Assembly (NCBI GenBank): GCA_012295275.1
Contig: CM022665.1
Location: 4,712,001-4,776,000, forward strand
Reading direction: 5' to 3'
Length of the DNA stretch: 64,000 nucleotides
Source of the DNA: Chrysomallon squamiferum
Taxonomy: Eukaryota; Animalia; Mollusca
Each line of letters begins with the position of its first letter. Positions within the stretch are counted from its first letter, which is position 1. A program made the translations under genes and the position numbers. A model generated the notes under the pieces. The model did no database searches. It was not told the origin of the DNA and worked only from the letters and a program-made list of their open reading frames with translations. Shown here piece after piece: positions 61,188 through 64,000 of the stretch.

Positions 61188-62113
61188 ACATCATAACATA
61201 AAATCAAATGTGATGTAGAATATAATAATAAAATTATGAAGCAATCTCAGCAGTAGTAGTGATATTGCAACCAATCATACTTAAGGCAAATATTCTATCA
61301 TCAAACTATAGCTTTGTCTCAAGAGTGTAATAAAAATGTACCAAAAACACTCTGTGTTTTAGAAGTAGGTGTTTGTCTGAATTCCCCTGACATGCATTAG
61401 TTTTCAGCTTGCTCATCTTTGAGTTGTTTTTTCCTCACCGAAGCACGATTCCTACAAGTCCTTAAAACCCATAAAAGTGCTGCATTTCAAAGTTGTCAAA
61501 TTAGAACATTTAAATATCACTAAATTTCAGACAAAAGTCCATTAAAAGCATGTTATGGTGTTTACCAAAGTTCTGTCCTTCATTATCCTCAAGCCAGTAT
61601 TTTGTGTGGCAAAAAACAATATTTTTTCAGAACTGCAGAGGTGACTGTACTGTAGTGTTGAGGGTGAAAACGGTGATAACCATTGGACTTGTAATTATTA
61701 ACAGTAGCCCTTGGATGTTTGCTCTATCAAATTTTAATAACTCTTTGAGTCTATGTTATAATTTATTTATATTTATCAGTGCTTGTGTATTGATTTGTCT
61801 GTAGTAAATCATTTGCATGCAGTAAGTAGAATATTTAAAAAAAACATGTTTGCAAAAATCATTAACATGAAAATGTATTCAGACGTAACTTAGAGATACT
61901 AATTTCTTACTGAAATAAGATATTAAATATTAAAATTATATATATATATATTTTTTTCTTTTTCTCCAGATTGCTGAGCTTGTGAAAGAGTTAAAGGGAG
62001 AGCTTGATCAACTTTTGGCTGACAAGATCTGTAATCCGAACATGGATCTGTGTACTTGTCCTAGAGGTAGTCGAATAATCGATACCATTGTCAAGTTAAT
62101 GACAACACAATAA
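42897..62113 (+). CDS. DHX57: ATP-dependent RNA helicase DHX57 (RG-rich N-terminus, UBA, CCCH zinc finger, RWD, DEAH core, HA2, OB)
   Basis: Multi-exon gene. The CCCH finger [19 protein letters not shown] and RWD region lie in 44729-45680. Motif I GMTG|CGKTT spans about 46290/46843, followed by [12 protein letters not shown] (~47620), SAT (~48260), [13 protein letters not shown] (~51480) and QRKGRAGR (~51830). The C-terminus is [22 protein letters not shown]. One apparent +1 nt frameshift at about 49230. Confidence 0.95.
43783..43958. mobile_element. Degenerate Tc1/mariner-type MITE in a DHX57 intron
   Basis: Imperfect ends tacaatgaaattt ... aaattttcactgt with internal decayed (ct/cc)ggtttag-like subrepeats. 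Confidence 0.35.
48040..48150. repeat. (TTTTTA)n microsatellite
   Basis: Directly visible. Confidence 0.95.
49587..49766. mobile_element. 180-bp MITE in a DHX57 intron, Sola2-like termini
   Basis: Terminal inverted repeats are gggtcattccatgtcaaatcaccc / gggtgatttgacacggaatgaccc, with an inner inverted repeat (ccgaccgtctcagatttttataaaac / gttttataaaaatcggagatggttgg). A 4-bp duplication CACA flanks it (49583-49586, 49767-49770). The family is inferred from the GRG ends plus 4-bp TSD. Confidence 0.8.
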
Positions 62114-62135
62114 ACTGTTCCTGCATGGAATATAA

Positions 62136-62178
<43 letters not shown>

Positions 62179-63218
62179 AGAACAGTTGAAAATAATGCTG
62201 AATTTAGGAATATCTTTATTTATATGTTTATGAAGACCAAAGAGAAACTTGAAGATTTACAGCTTTAAAAGTTGAAGAGTTTCTAATCTCCAATTTGAAA
62301 TGATCTTTGAAGTTAAAGTAAAAATATTTTATTTATTTATTTATGAAAATCCTGAAGCAAACTAGAAGATTTACTTCTGTGAAAACATTATTGAAATTTT
62401 ATACATTTATTTAATAAGATTAGCAGACAAAACATGAATTTCTACATGTTAATGTTTTTGAAAATAACAGCTGATTTGCACAGTAATCAGAAATATTCAT
62501 TTTGGTAAGTGAATTTCAGAAAACAGGGCGCTGTGATCATAGTGGCCTATAAATTTTAAAATGAAGAAAAATCGGTGGCTGGTAAAAACCAAAATCGGGG
62601 ATGAGTTGTCCCCTAAATGACTCTGGGTCTGCATAAGTAAATGATTTGAAAAGTTAACTTATTCAGACTTTAAAAGTGACTTTTTCGTTTTCTTTGCTTT
62701 TCATATTATTTATTTATTATTTTTATAAATTTTGGATATACCCAGTCAAATTATGCAATATTTTATTATATAATGTCCGAGCCACTGATAATTTATCTTA
62801 ACAGTTTTCAAAGTCTTCCAATTAAAACCACGTTATAGTGCGTTTCATGAAGTTGTGATAGTAGTTATTCTGTTCATTAATAATAATAATAATGTTGATG
62901 AGGAGGACGATGATGCTAATAACAACGACCACAACCAAAAAAAAATAAATAAAAATGTAAATATTTATCTTCTTACTTTATCATTTGTTTAATAATTTAC
63001 GTTTTGCATGTGCAAGTAGAAGTGAGTTTATCTCGCTCTTTGTTAAAGCATGATTTTGAATAACGTATGGACGTAACGAATCTCGCAATATACCGCAAAA
63101 TATCTCAAAAACCGCCAGGGTGCTTGTTAAATTCGTGAAGAAAACAAAATCCACATCCGGCAGAAAAACGAAGCAAAGATGTAAACGAGACTGGTGCTAA
63201 ATAAATACATAAGAACAC

Positions 63219-63310
<92 letters not shown>

Positions 63311-63407
63311 TGGTAGTGGTAGTGGTAGTGGTAGTGGTAGTGGTAGTGGTAGTGGTAGTGGTAGTGGTAGTGGTAGTAGTGGTAGTGGTAGTGGTAGTGG
63401 TAGTGGT
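63219..63407. repeat. Compound microsatellite (AAT)n-(AGT)n-(AGTGGT)n
   Basis: Directly visible; it explains the poly-T/I and PL-repeat ORFs. Confidence 0.97.
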
Positions 63408-64000
63408 AAATGCACCGTCAGGATATTTCATATAATTATGTGAAGAAAAAAGCCACTAACAACACCGCCTGTTGATTCCTTCCCCCCATAAAATCATTCG
63501 TATATATTGTGATCGGTAACATTTCGAGCTTGTTTTGTCCGAGTAATAAGTACTACACCTGGAATCATGGTTTAGGTGTTCATTTTAATAAACAACATGC
63601 AATAGTACTAAGATATATGTTCATTAATTAATTCGAGACTTATTCGGCAGATTTCCACAAGGTAAACAGGCAGCAACAGACAGTTCATATGTACAAGCTG
63701 CATATTAGAAATGTGCTGCGTTCTGCCGTTATTAATTTTATTTCTCATGCAAGATAAAAGATTGAAATCTATTACTCATTATTCAGAAATCGTCTGGGGA
63801 ATGGTTATTATAGTTTAGTCTTGACAATAGGACAAGGCATACAAATTGTTTCCTGAGTAAGAAAAGGTTTCAGTCATTAATCAAAACGTAAAGAAAGACA
63901 GAAAAACCCCAAAACAGACATTTATTAAAAATTATATCTACGTTTCTCCTGACCCAGCTGGTCTCTGGTAAACGATACACGTAACGAATGTAAACTTACG

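Noticed and set aside
63105-63431. Poly-Thr/Ile, PL-, ER-, SL- and poly-Asn ORFs here and at 7033, 11400, 14914, 32580-32939, 37156-37710 and 53611
   Set aside because: These are translations of microsatellites with no coding signal.

Overview
AT-rich, intron-containing animal genomic DNA with many microsatellites. An invertebrate, probably a mollusc or other lophotrochozoan, is my inference only. The ORF track is mostly noise, so genes were rebuilt by hand from GT-AG exons. (1) 1-16.8 kb: a tandem array on the minus strand of a small secreted precursor. It comprises a signal peptide, an Arg/Trp-rich cationic peptide ending in G-K-R, and an acidic C-terminal propiece forming an EF-hand pair. 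One copy is intact (117 aa), one has a frameshifted propiece, and two are fragments. Mutator-like and tyrosine-recombinase (Ngaro/DIRS-like) transposon remnants are interspersed. (2) 21.5-31.4 kb: a CCDC9-like gene with a long acidic tail and a PAM2-like motif. (3) 37.2-41.0 kb: a 508-aa protein made of two tandem YrdC/Sua5 domains. (4) 42.9-62.1 kb: DHX57 DEAH helicase. The best candidate for an undescribed system is the charge-matched cationic peptide + EF-hand propiece family, a putative Ca2+-regulated host-defence or toxin precursor.
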